The translations under genes and the position numbers were made by a program. Under the pieces are notes generated by a model. The model made no database searches, was not told where the DNA came from, and worked only from the letters and a program-made list of their open reading frames with translations. This document shows positions 1 through 7,456 of a stretch of DNA of 64,000 nucleotides, in pieces. This DNA comes from an uncultured Pseudomonadota bacterium (GTDB lineage: Bacteria; Pseudomonadota; Alphaproteobacteria; JACZXZ01). Each line of letters opens with the position of its first letter. Within the stretch, counting starts at the first letter, position 1. Location: positions 128,001 through 192,000 of the forward strand of contig CAVVLJ010000017.1 of the NCBI GenBank assembly GCA_963749075.1, in the 5' to 3' direction.

Positions 1-1
1 C

Positions 2-295
2 TACACGCCCTCCGGCAAATCGATCCAGGACGTGGGCATCGAGCCCGACATCGTGGTGCCGGCCGGCAAGCAGGAGGCGGCAGCGAACCAGATCCGCGAG
101 AGCGATCTGCCGGGCGCGCTCAAGAACCCGGACGGCACGGCGATCCCCAAGGTCGACCACGCAGCCGCCGCCACCCGCGAGCCGCCGCCTGCGGCACCCG
201 GGACGGCGGCGGCCGCGGGCGGGGACTACCAGCTCGACCGCGCTCTCGAGTACCTGCGCGGGCCGTCGGTGCAGAAGGGAGGAACGGCGAAGTGA
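2..295 (+). CDS. ctpA: C-terminal processing peptidase (S41 family), 3' end only
   Basis: Frame from nt 2 reads YTPSGKSIQDVGIEPDIVV...RESDLPGAL...DYQLDRALEYL, the typical S41A C-terminal region; truncated by the window edge. Confidence 0.85.
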   Translation, partial: YTPSGKSIQDVGIEPDIVVPAGKQEAAANQIRESDLPGALKNPDGTAIPKVDHAAAATREPPPAAPGTAAAAGGDYQLDRALEYLRGPSVQKGGTAK

Positions 296-352
296 CGCTC
301 GGGCGGGCCGCGGGCGCCAAGCGCCTCCGTTTCGGGCCCGCCCTCGTGCCGC

Positions 353-1003
353 TCAGATCTGCTCGATCAACTCGAAGTTGAAGCTCGCGCCGGACGGATT
401 CTCGCCGATGCGGATGATCTTGTCGTTGACGAAGCGGTAGGGCGGCACCGGCAGGTTGTAGGGCGCCGGAACGCCCTGGAAGACGCGGCCCGCGAGGTCG
501 TATTTCGAGCCGTGGCAGGGGCAGAAATAGCCGCCGAGCCAAGTCGGTCCGAGATCGGCAGCACCGACGGTCGGCACGTACTTCGGGATGCAGCCGAGGT
601 GCGTGCAGATGCCGACGAGGACGAGGTACTCGGGCTTGATCGAGCGATGCCAGTTGGTGGCGTACTTGCCCTGCTGATCCTCGGCCGAGTTGGCATCGCG
701 GAGCCGCTCGACCAGCTGCGGCTCCTGAAGGACCTTGAGATCCTCGGGCGTCCGGCGCAGCACGAAGATGGGCTGGCTGCGCCAGCGCACGAGGACCTGC
801 TGGCCCGGCTGGAGCGCCGAGAGATCGAAGTCGATGGGCCCTCCCGCCGCGAGCGTGTCGGCCGCCGGCTCCATCGAATCGATGAACGGCCAGGCCGCCA
901 GCGCCACTCCCATCGCTCCCATCGCCGTCGCCGCCAGATAGAGGAAGTCTCGGCGCTTGACGGCGTGGCCCTCGCCGACGCCCTCCGTCGCAGCACTGGT
1001 CAT
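353..1003 (-). CDS. petA: Rieske 2Fe-2S protein (ubiquinol-cytochrome c reductase iron-sulfur subunit type), solitary
   Basis: Tat motif KRRDFLY plus TM helix; CTHLGC and CPCHGS boxes; PAPYNL; no petB/petC adjacent. Confidence 0.92.
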   Translation of the reverse strand: MTSAATEGVGEGHAVKRRDFLYLAATAMGAMGVALAAWPFIDSMEPAADTLAAGGPIDFDLSALQPGQQVLVRWRSQPIFVLRRTPEDLKVLQEPQLVERLRDANSAEDQQGKYATNWHRSIKPEYLVLVGICTHLGCIPKYVPTVGAADLGPTWLGGYFCPCHGSKYDLAGRVFQGVPAPYNLPVPPYRFVNDKIIRIGENPSGASFNFELIEQI

Positions 1004-1172
1004 GATCGGCATCCCTCGTCCACCGCTGTCTCGCGCACTCGATATGGGGAGCGCCGCAGCGCAGCGCTATGCACGCGCTGCGGAACATCCCTTGGAAGAG
1101 AGAGGGATGCCGATGACATCCGTCAACCGCGTCAATATAGCTGCGCGCTCTTGACCGGTGCAACTGCGATGC

Positions 1173-1186
1173 TTGACGGCGATAAA
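1173..1186. promoter_or_regulatory. possible FNR/FixK-like box between divergent petA and Tat ORF
   Basis: TTGAC-GGCG-ATAAA, two mismatches to TTGAT-N4-ATCAA. Confidence 0.3.
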
Positions 1187-1269
1187 GAGCCGGGCGCGCG
1201 CGAGGCGCGGGAACCGGACTTGCGAGGCAAGCGCGCAGCATGCCAGCAAATCAACCAGCGAAGGAGGCG

Positions 1270-1515
1270 ATGATGATGAGAATGATCGAGCGCCGCACGA
1301 TTTTGACGGCAGCGCTCGGCATCGGGCTGCTCGCGGCCTATGGCGGGCTCGGTGCCGCGAATTCCGCGCGCGCCGCCGAGAATACCCTCGATATCGGCAT
1401 CACGCTGCCGCTCGCGGGGGCGGACGCCGAGGGCGCCGGAAGGCGGCCTGGCTGCCGCTTCCCTTGGCGCTTCCCTTGGCGCTTCCCTTGGCGCTTCCCT
1501 TGGCGCTTCCCTTAG
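1270..1515 (+). CDS. Tat-signal small protein; N-terminus like a branched-chain amino acid ABC substrate-binding protein, ending in (RFPW)4-RFP; may be a pseudogene remnant
   Basis: Strong RBS AAGGAGG at 1261; ERRTIL twin-arginine motif, hydrophobic core, ARA|A cleavage; LDIGITLPLAGADA resembles the LivJ-family N-terminus. Confidence 0.6.
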   Translation: MMMRMIERRTILTAALGIGLLAAYGGLGAANSARAAENTLDIGITLPLAGADAEGAGRRPGCRFPWRFPWRFPWRFPWRFP

Positions 1516-1527
1516 CGCCTCCCTTGA
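1456..1527 (+). repeat. 12-bp tandem repeat CGCTTCCCTTGG, 4 perfect plus 2 degenerate copies
   Basis: Read directly: units start at 1456, 1468, 1480, 1492, 1504 (ends TAG) and 1516 (CGCCTCCCTTGA). Confidence 0.95.
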
Positions 1528-1574
1528 CGGTGCGCGGCCCGGTAGCGCAAGCTCGCGCGGAGAAGGAGGGCGGC

Positions 1575-2543
1575 ATGGCCCGGAAATTCCCCGACTGGAC
1601 GCCGCAGGGCGTCATCCCGGCGGCGCTGCTGCCGTTCCACGAGGACTTCAGCATCGACGCGGCGTCCTACCGCAAGCACCTCGCGGATCTCGCCGCGGTC
1701 AGCGGCATCGCCGCGGTGACCGTCAACGCCCACTCGACGGAAGCGCACGCCTGCAGCTTCGAGGAGCAGCGCCGCGTGCTCGAGCACACGATGGAAGCGA
1801 TCGGCGACCGCCTGCCGGTCGTCCACGGCGTCTATGCCGACGGCAGCCAGCTCGCCGCGCGCATCGCGCGCATGGCGGACGACGGCGGCGCCTCGGCGCT
1901 CCTCGTCTTCCCGCCGCAGAGCATGGCGGCCGGCGGGCAGCTCCGCCCCGAGATGGCCCTCGCCCATTTCAAGACTATCGCGGAGGCCAGCGACCTGCCG
2001 ATCATCGTCTTCCAGTATCCGCTCGCGGGCGGCCTCGGCTATCCCTTCGAGACGCTCTTGCGCCTCTTCGAGGCGGTGCCCTCCATCAAGGCGATCAAGG
2101 ACTGGTGCAACGATGCCATGCTGCACGAGCGCCAAGTGGTGAGCTTCCAGAGCCTGCCGCGGCCCATCAACGTGCTGACGACGCACAGCGCCTGGCTCAT
2201 GAGCTCGCTCATGAGCGGCTGCGCGGGCGTCCTCTCCGGTGCCGGCAGCGTGATCGCCGATCTCCAGCTCGCCCTCTTCGAGGCGGTGCAGGCCAAGGAT
2301 CTCGCGCGCGCGCAAGCGCTCAACGCGCGCATCTATCCGCTCGCCCAGGCGTTCTACGCGCCGCCCTTCCTCGACATGCACAACCGCATGAAGGAGGCGC
2401 TGGTGCTGCTGGGCCGCCTGCCGCGCGCCGTGGTGCGCCCGCCGCTCGTGAAGCTCTCCGCGGCCGAGATCGAGCGGCTCAAGGCGGCCATCGCCGCGGC
2501 GCGGCTCGCCCGCGAAGGGGCGATGGCCGTCGCCGCCGAGTAA
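1575..2543 (+). CDS. dihydrodipicolinate synthase family (class I aldolase) protein
   Basis: GVIPAALLPF start, Tyr in IVFQYP, Schiff-base Lys in IKAIKD, VRPPL C-terminus; RBS AAGGAGG. Confidence 0.88.
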   Translation: MARKFPDWTPQGVIPAALLPFHEDFSIDAASYRKHLADLAAVSGIAAVTVNAHSTEAHACSFEEQRRVLEHTMEAIGDRLPVVHGVYADGSQLAARIARMADDGGASALLVFPPQSMAAGGQLRPEMALAHFKTIAEASDLPIIVFQYPLAGGLGYPFETLLRLFEAVPSIKAIKDWCNDAMLHERQVVSFQSLPRPINVLTTHSAWLMSSLMSGCAGVLSGAGSVIADLQLALFEAVQAKDLARAQALNARIYPLAQAFYAPPFLDMHNRMKEALVLLGRLPRAVVRPPLVKLSAAEIERLKAAIAAARLAREGAMAVAAE

Positions 2544-2583
2544 TTCATGCGGGGTAAGCGGGCGCGGCGCCCGCGGACGGACC

Positions 2584-2802
2584 CTAGCTCGAGCCGCCGC
2601 GCCGGCGCCGGGGGCGCTTGATCTCCAAGGCCACCACGTGCGAGCGGCCGTGGGCAAGGCTTTGCAGGATCCGGCCGGGAGCGGCGCTGCTGCGCGGCCG
2701 TGCCGCCGGGCGCCCCCAGCTCAACTCCAGCCGCTCCGCCTCGGCGGCCACCTCGGCATCGGTCGGCACAGCTGCCGTCTTGCGCGCTTCCTTCTTGTCC
2801 AT
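2584..2802 (-). CDS. small protein resembling the IF2-associated domain
   Basis: ILQSLAHGRSHVVALEIKRPRR resembles VRQSFSHGRxKxVVVExKxxR of alphaproteobacterial IF2 N-termini; TGATG coupling to the upstream ORF. Confidence 0.6.
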   Translation of the reverse strand: MDKKEARKTAAVPTDAEVAAEAERLELSWGRPAARPRSSAAPGRILQSLAHGRSHVVALEIKRPRRRRGGSS

Positions 2803-3173
2803 CAGATCGCCATGGCGCGCTGGCGGACGAGCGGGCTCGGCTTCTGCAGCGGACGCACCTCGATCTGGCCGGCCCGCGGACGCGAGGCGGCGCAGGGGTT
2901 CGCCGAGCCGTTTGCCGAGCCATTTGCCGGGCCATCGCGGTCGCTGGCCGTGCTCAAGCGCAACGCGTGGTTGCGCACCAGGTCGGCATCATAGCCGGCG
3001 GAATTGCAGGCCGCGCGAAAGTCGCCGTCGTTGGCGGCGAACCAGCGGCGCGCGTCCTCGCGCAGGCGCTCCTGCTCGCTCGCGTCGGCGACCATGCCCA
3101 CGTGGGCCGTCGCATCCTGGAGCGCGCGCCAGATGACGGCGCACCAGAGCTGGCGTTCAGGCGAGTCGCTCAT
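2802..3173 (-). CDS. hypothetical protein (PERQLWCAVIWRALQDA...ARRWF...DF..C..AG motif)
   Basis: Coding-like sequence, helical motif pattern, translational coupling to the downstream gene. Confidence 0.65.
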   Translation of the reverse strand: MSDSPERQLWCAVIWRALQDATAHVGMVADASEQERLREDARRWFAANDGDFRAACNSAGYDADLVRNHALRLSTASDRDGPANGSANGSANPCAASRPRAGQIEVRPLQKPSPLVRQRAMAI

Positions 3174-3236
3174 GCAATTCCGTCCCAGGGGTAAGGCTGC
3201 CGTGCGCGCGTCCCGCGCGTCCGCCGTCCGCACTCG

Positions 3237-3425
3237 TCACGCAATCTCGTTCTCCATGACGACGCGCTCCTGGCCGTTCGTGCGCCCCTTGATGCGGTAC
3301 TGGAAGCCGGATTGCTCGGCAGGCAGGAGCCGCGTGATCTCGTAGCGCTCGTGCGAGGGAGCCTCGTCGGTGGCACGCGGGTGGAACTTGACCGTCTGTC
3401 CGACTTTGAATTTGTGCTGGCGCAT
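3237..3425 (-). CDS. conserved small hypothetical protein, predicted small beta-barrel (HKFKVGQTV...YRIK...ERVV.E.EI)
   Basis: 62 aa; motif recalled from a common alphaproteobacterial small-protein family. Confidence 0.75.
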   Translation of the reverse strand: MRQHKFKVGQTVKFHPRATDEAPSHERYEITRLLPAEQSGFQYRIKGRTNGQERVVMENEIA

Positions 3426-3510
3426 GTGGATCTCGGGTTTGACGCGGTGTCGATGACGACGAGTGAGGCAGGACGGCAGGACGATGCTGCGCGGCAGCTC
3501 GCCCGAGGCA

Positions 3511-3840
3511 CTAAGTCGAGGTACGGCGCCAGGAGGGATTCTTGTCGAGAATGCGATCCGCCGCACGGCGCGCGGCGTGCACGATCTCATCGGTGCCCCA
3601 GGCGCTGGCCTCCGCCTTGGCCGAATCCATCCTGTTGCCCCGGTGCGGTGCGCCGTCCGGACCCGTGAGCTCCACCGAGACCCAGGCGCCGACGGCGCCG
3701 CCCGTTCGCGGCCGGCCGCCACCCGCGAGACGGCCGGCGGCCGCACGGTCGGCAGCCACGGACACTTCGACGTGGGCGCCGACCATGGAACGCACAGCCT
3801 GTCGTGCCACAGTTTGAATGTGGCCTGCCTCGCTGGTCAT
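3511..3840 (-). CDS. hypothetical protein
   Basis: 109-aa ORF with upstream AGGA, co-oriented with the small-gene cluster. Confidence 0.45.
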   Translation of the reverse strand: MTSEAGHIQTVARQAVRSMVGAHVEVSVAADRAAAGRLAGGGRPRTGGAVGAWVSVELTGPDGAPHRGNRMDSAKAEASAWGTDEIVHAARRAADRILDKNPSWRRTST

Positions 3841-4099
3841 GACCGTTCCTGCCTGTGAGATGAATGAATATACGTCCTTTGCCCGGCGAATGCGACCCCA
3901 ATCGAGCGGAAATCCGGCAATCCCGGCCCAAGCACGGCGCGACGGCGCTTGCGGCGCTTGAGACGCGGGAGCCGATTTCGCATCTAACATATTGCAATCA
4001 TTTAATAATTTATCGCCGATCGGCAACCGCGCCGGGTGCCGGCCGGGCGTCGGGCCTTGCGCTACATCAGCCGCGTCTCCGCCCCGGACCGGACAGCGC

Positions 4100-4276
4100 T
4101 CAGCCGCGATCGTAGGCGAGCTTGATCATGGTGAAGATATAGACGACCGCGAAGCCGGCAAGCGCCAGGCCGAACAGGTAGAATCCGATATCCACGGCGC
4201 GCGATGCCAGGAACAGGCCGAGCAGGCCGAGCAGGCCGGCAAAGACGCTCATCATCACGCTGCCGATATCCGACAT
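4100..4276 (-). CDS. 58-aa two-TM membrane protein after ccoS (not in ORF track)
   Basis: MSDIGSVMMSVFAGLLGLLGLFLASRAVDIGFYLFGLALAGFAVVYIFTMIKLAYDRG; GGAG RBS; starts 25 nt after the ccoS stop. Confidence 0.8.
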   Translation of the reverse strand: MSDIGSVMMSVFAGLLGLLGLFLASRAVDIGFYLFGLALAGFAVVYIFTMIKLAYDRG

Positions 4277-4301
4277 GGTCCGTCTCCCTTGCTGAAGCTG
4301 G

Positions 4302-4499
4302 TCATTGGCGGCCCGAGTCGCGCTTGCGGCGGAGAGGCGCCGCGCGCGCTTCCTCGTCGGCCTCGTCGTCGAAGAGGATGCGGTTGGCCGCCCCCTCGAG
4401 ATCGTCGAACTGGCCGGCGCGGAGCGCCCAGAGGAAGGCCGCGAGCCCGGCGAGGCCGAGGAAAAGGGCGGCCGGAATGAGGATGAGAAGGCTGCTCAT
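4302..4499 (-). CDS. ccoS: cbb3-type cytochrome oxidase assembly protein CcoS/FixS
   Basis: LIPAAL...FLWAL..GQFDDLEG.A.RILFDD motif; ATGA overlap with ccoI. Confidence 0.93.
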   Translation of the reverse strand: MSSLLILIPAALFLGLAGLAAFLWALRAGQFDDLEGAANRILFDDEADEEARAAPLRRKRDSGRQ

Positions 4500-6916
4500 G
4501 GCCGAGCACCCCGCGCGAGGCGCAGCGCGTTCGAGATCACGAGCAGCGAAGACGCCGACATGGCCGCGGCCGCGAGGAGCGGCGTCACCATGCCGAACAG
4601 CGCCAGCGGCACGACCAGGAGATTGTAGCCGAGCCCCAAGGCAAGGTTCTGCCGGACGAGCCGCTCGCTCTCCTTCGCCACCCCCAGGCATTCGAGCACG
4701 GCCGCGAGTCGCTCGCCCTGGAACACCACATCCGCCGCGGTCTGGCTCACGTCGACCGCCGTCGAGGGCGACAGCGAAACGTTGGCCGCGGCGAGCGCCG
4801 GCGCGTCGTTGAGGCCGTCGCCCACCATGGCGACGCGGCGGCCGCGCGCGCGGAGCGCTGCCAGGCGGCCGCATTTCTCCATGGGCGTCGTGCCGGCGCG
4901 CCAGTCGGCGATGCCCGCCGCGCGCGCCGTGGCGGCGACCGTCGCCGGCTGATCGCCCGAGAGAAGCTCGACGTGAAGCCCGCGCGCGGCGAGGCTTGCC
5001 ACCGTGGCGCGGGCGTCCTCGCGAAGCGGATCGGCGAAGGCGAAGCGCACCGGCGCGCGTCCGGGGCGGGCGAGCCAGAACTCGGGGCCGGCGAGCGTGC
5101 GCACCTCATCGCCGGCGACCGCGCAGAAGGCGCGGCTGCCGAGCCGCACCTCGCCTTCCGCCGTGGCGAGCGACAGCCCCTTGCCCGGATGCTCGACGAC
5201 GCCCGCGGCCGGCGCCACCTCCGGTGCCGCGCGTGAGAGCGCCCTCGCGAGCGGATGGCGGCTCGCGGCGGCAAGCGAGGCGGCCAGGCGGAGCTCGTCG
5301 GGCGCCGGGCGGGCAGCCGGCAGGAGGGTGGCCTTGCCGAGCGTGAGCGTGCCGGTCTTGTCGAAGACGACCGTGTCGGCGCGGGCCAGGCGCTCGAGGG
5401 CACTCGCGGACTTTAGGAGGATGCCGCGGCCGAGGAGGCGGCCGCTCGCCACGATCTGCACCACCGGCACCGCGAGCGCCAGCGCGCACGGGCAGGTGAC
5501 GATGAGCACGGCGATCGCATAGAGAAGTGCGGTCTGCCACGGCACGCCGATGGCGAACACCCAGCTCAAGAAGGTCAGCAAGGCGAGCAGGTGGACGACG
5601 GGGGCGTAGAAGCGCGCCACCCGGTCCGCCAGCACGATGTAGCGTCCCCTGCCCTGCTCGGCCGCTTCCATGAGGCGCACGATCTCGGCAAGAAGCGTGC
5701 CCTCGCCGGTCGCCGTCACCTCGATGCGCAAGGGGCCGGCAATGTTCACCATGCCGGCGAAGACGGAGGTACCCTCGCGCGCCGGCACGGGCAGCGTCTC
5801 GCCGGTCACGAGGCTGGCATCGATCTCGGAGACGCCGCCGGCCACGCGGCCGTCGACGCCGATGCGCTCGCCCGCCGCGATATGGACGATCGCACCGGGC
5901 CGGAGCGTTTCGGGCATGCGGCGCTCGAGCGACCCGTCGGGGCGGAGGACGCACACGTCGGCGGCCTTGAGCGCCACGAGCTGCTCGGCCGCCGAGCGCG
6001 CCTTGCCGCGTGCGCGCGCATCGAGATAGCGCCCGATCAAGAGGAGAAAGACGAGCGTGACGGCCGAATCGAAATAGGCGTCGCGCTGGTGGTTGAGCGT
6101 CTGGAAGAGGCTCATGCCGGTCGCCAAGAGGATGCCGACCGAGATCGGCACGTCCATGTTCGTGCGGGCGCGGCTCAAGGCTGCGAGTGCGGAGCGGAAG
6201 AAGGGCTGGCCGGCGTAAAGGATCGCCGGCATGGCGATGAGCGCCGAAAGCCAGTGCATCAGGTCGCGCGTGGCGCCGCCCATCTCGTCCTCGCCCGACC
6301 AGATGGAGATGGAGAGCAGCATGACGTTGCCGGCGGCAAACCCGGCGACCGCCATGGCTCTCAAGAGCGCCTTCTCCTGCCGCGCGTTCGCCGAGGCGAG
6401 CTTCTGCGGATCGAAGGGCACGGCGCGGAAGCCGAGTGCCGCGATCCTCTCGACGTGCGCCCTGGCGTCCGCAGGCGGGCCGCGCCAGCGCAGCCTCAAG
6501 CGCCGGGTCGACATGTTGACGCGGCCCTCCACGACGTCCGGCTCGCGCGCGAGCACGCTCTCGATGAGCCAGACGCAGGCCGCGCAGGCGAGCCCCTCGA
6601 TCATGAGATGGAGCGTCGAGATGCCGCTCCGCGCATCGAACGCGGCGTGGCGGGCGTAGTCGATCCCGCTCTCCGCTTCGGGCTTGAGCGGCGGCCCGTC
6701 GGGGTCGAGCACCCGGCGTGCATAGAACGCCTCGAGGCCGAGCCCGGCGACGATAGCGCGCGCTGCGGCGCAGCCGCGGCAGCAGAATTCGTCGCACGCG
6801 CCGGCCGGCAGCGCCGCCCCGCAATGGGCGCAACGCCGGTCCGCGCGCGCGGGCGGTGCCGCGGCGGCGGCAGCGGGCGTGGCTCTTGGGGAGATGGCGC
6901 CGTCGGCGACGCTCAC
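4496..6916 (-). CDS. ccoI: Cu-translocating P1B-type ATPase CcoI/FixI
   Basis: N-terminal CxxC...CCxGC and CAAC; CPC; DKTGTLT; GDGLND; located in the cco cluster. Confidence 0.95.
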   Translation of the reverse strand: MSVADGAISPRATPAAAAAAPPARADRRCAHCGAALPAGACDEFCCRGCAAARAIVAGLGLEAFYARRVLDPDGPPLKPEAESGIDYARHAAFDARSGISTLHLMIEGLACAACVWLIESVLAREPDVVEGRVNMSTRRLRLRWRGPPADARAHVERIAALGFRAVPFDPQKLASANARQEKALLRAMAVAGFAAGNVMLLSISIWSGEDEMGGATRDLMHWLSALIAMPAILYAGQPFFRSALAALSRARTNMDVPISVGILLATGMSLFQTLNHQRDAYFDSAVTLVFLLLIGRYLDARARGKARSAAEQLVALKAADVCVLRPDGSLERRMPETLRPGAIVHIAAGERIGVDGRVAGGVSEIDASLVTGETLPVPAREGTSVFAGMVNIAGPLRIEVTATGEGTLLAEIVRLMEAAEQGRGRYIVLADRVARFYAPVVHLLALLTFLSWVFAIGVPWQTALLYAIAVLIVTCPCALALAVPVVQIVASGRLLGRGILLKSASALERLARADTVVFDKTGTLTLGKATLLPAARPAPDELRLAASLAAASRHPLARALSRAAPEVAPAAGVVEHPGKGLSLATAEGEVRLGSRAFCAVAGDEVRTLAGPEFWLARPGRAPVRFAFADPLREDARATVASLAARGLHVELLSGDQPATVAATARAAGIADWRAGTTPMEKCGRLAALRARGRRVAMVGDGLNDAPALAAANVSLSPSTAVDVSQTAADVVFQGERLAAVLECLGVAKESERLVRQNLALGLGYNLLVVPLALFGMVTPLLAAAAMSASSLLVISNALRLARGARP

Positions 6917-6925
6917 TGCCGCACC

Positions 6926-7447
6926 TCAGGGTGCCAGAATGCGCCGGCCCGAGTGGACCGTGGTTTCGCCCTCGGCGGCCGTCACGTAGACGTCCCATTG
7001 GCCGGGCTCGGGCAGGGCCAGGGGGACCGCGTAACGTCCGCCCGCGGTCCGCTCGAGGACGACCGGGATGTCGGCGGGTGTTCCGAGCGGACGCACGAAC
7101 TCGGCCTTGATCTCCAGGCGCTCGAGCGGCATGCCGTCCTTGTCGCTGGCGTCGACGACGAGTTGTCCGCTCTCCTTGCCGTTGCCGTCCGGGACGAACG
7201 CAATCACGAGCTTCCAACCGAGCTTCGCCTCCGCTTCCGCCCGCTCGATGACGCGGTTGTAGGCGATGCCCTCGTCGTAGGCGTGATCGGTCGTGAGCCC
7301 AGTCCAGCTCGCGAGCGCGAAATAGACCAGGCCGCCGTTGACCGCGAAGACCACGGCGAAGGCGGCGACGATCGCCCACGGCACCCAGCGGCAGTCGGCG
7401 AAGCGCCGTCCCTTGGCGCTCCTCCTTGCGAACGGCTGTATCGTCAT
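6926..7447 (-). CDS. ccoH: FixH/CcoH family protein
   Basis: TM helix F.VVFAVN, W.GL...AY..G..YN, GQWD; between ccoG and ccoI. Confidence 0.92.
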   Translation of the reverse strand: MTIQPFARRSAKGRRFADCRWVPWAIVAAFAVVFAVNGGLVYFALASWTGLTTDHAYDEGIAYNRVIERAEAEAKLGWKLVIAFVPDGNGKESGQLVVDASDKDGMPLERLEIKAEFVRPLGTPADIPVVLERTAGGRYAVPLALPEPGQWDVYVTAAEGETTVHSGRRILAP

Positions 7448-7456
7448 GGCGTCACC

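Noticed and set aside
1456-1527. Short repeat array as a possible CRISPR
   Set aside because: Contiguous 12-bp units with no spacers, and no cas genes in the window
1400-1654. Minus-strand ORF reading (GSAK)n through the repeat, echoing the GSAN repeat near 2900
   Set aside because: Starts antisense inside the DHDPS-family gene with no RBS; the similarity is probably coincidence
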